DNA of 63,433 nucleotides, the filler included, from Octopus bimaculoides (Eukaryota), in the NCBI RefSeq assembly GCF_001194135.2. It is 11 parts of 9 records of this genome, joined end to end, with 100 filler letters (N's around TTAATTAATTAA, not from the genome) between each part and the next. Parts side by side here need not be neighbours in the genome. Positions count along the whole stretch, not along the records: positions 62,342 to 63,433 come from NW_026349973.1; 10 more parts are not named here. The stretch is one strand, 5' to 3'. Numbering within the stretch: position 1 is the stretch's first letter; each line of letters opens with the position of its first letter. The notes beneath the pieces were generated by a model. That model saw only the letters and a program-made list of their open reading frames with translations, did no database searches and was not told the DNA's origin. Made by a program: the position numbers and the translations under genes. Of this stretch, positions 62,484 to 63,433 are shown piece after piece.

Positions 62484-63282
62484 CTGCTCTCATTGTTATT
62501 GGTTACTGCTTGTAATCTTTAATTTTAATTACCCATATCACAGTTCTCCAGAATGTAATCAGATGTGGGGAAATACCTGAAGATATTTCAATCTCATTCG
62601 TCCTCCTTAATAAAGCAGGTCTAACAGAAAGTGATGCCTGGTGTCCTAAATTAACACACTACGTTCACAGAAAATCTCATTAACGACATAAAACTTGTCA
62701 TCCACACATTATTGATTTGAAAATATTTGAAACGGTTCAGAACTGATACTCAAGAATACTAATCTATACATCAATCAAAGTCTCCCCACCCTTTTGATGT
62801 CCCTTCTCTAATGTCGGTCCCTAAACCTTCAGTTGAGATTTTCTTATTGAATCTCTTACTTTATAAAGACTCACTCTGATATTCATATAAATGCGCTTGT
62901 TTTTAATTATCAGCTTCCGAAGACATTGATAAATCATTAATCGCTCTAATCACTCATAATCAATAGTAAAAAGTTGGTATTTACTGATAGAACCTTGGCG
63001 ATTTATTGATATTTAGTCACCATTTATAATTCAGTATTCTTTATAATTCCTATGTTGCAGAAAGTAACCATCTTCAAGTGTGACAAGTTTTCTAATTGGA
63101 CAAAGACAATGTTTAGTGGGAGTAGTGAGAGGTATAATATCAAAGAGAAAAGACGCCTCTGACGTCTTTTATCAAAAGTATGCTTGATTAAGGCAGAACT
63201 GGATCTACACAACAACATGAAATACAATATTCCAAACCATAAAGTCCATGAGACAAACAGACAGATCATACAGTATTCTTAC

Positions 63283-63433
63283 CCAAACTAGTTTTGCTCG
63301 TTATATTCCGTCCACACTTGAGGCATCGTTTAGGTATCTTTTGGAGACAACATTTCTTACACAGCGAAAAATGTTTACATGGTAAGAACGTCTCTGTGGC
63401 ATCTTCATCTTCACAAAACACACATCTGAGGAA
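63283..63433 (-). CDS. Host-gene exon (partial) encoding a RING-HC finger of the Mind bomb/IAP type; probable E3 ubiquitin ligase
   Basis: Open frame FLRCVFCEDEDATETFLPCKHFSLCKKCCLQKIPKRCLKCGRNITSKTSL with C-x2-C-x11-C-x-H-x3-C-x2-C-x8-C-x2-C spacing. Followed by a canonical phase-1 donor G|GTAAGA at 63283/63282. Runs off the window end. Confidence 0.85.

Overview
Eukaryotic, very AT-rich, repeat-dominated 63 kb window. The repeat families point to a coleoid cephalopod, probably Octopus (inference). About a sixth is N gaps, ten of them artificial 100-bp 44N-TTAATTAATTAA-44N joins. Most ORF-track entries are microsatellite or gap artefacts. The only well-supported host coding sequence is a minus-strand RING-HC (MIB/IAP-type) exon cut by the right edge (63283-63433), which the track misses. 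Decayed mobile elements: a Chapaev-like DNA transposon (1-2203), a near-full-length CR1-group LINE (15263-18880) abutting a Penelope-like RT fragment, Tx1/L1 and RTE fragments, Tc1/mariner relics (DD37D-, DD41D- and DD34D-like), hAT, Helitron and MITE relics, and over 25 tRNA-derived SINE copies. A roughly 220-bp satellite shows partial trimeric order. Most notable: hammerhead-ribozyme-like motifs (two good ones at 9007-9083 and 30421-30464, plus a core-variant family tied to Penelope-like repeats), and a 3' tail shared by the LINE and the dominant SINE, with a sequence-diverged but structurally conserved stem-loop. All calls were made by eye; no searches were run.
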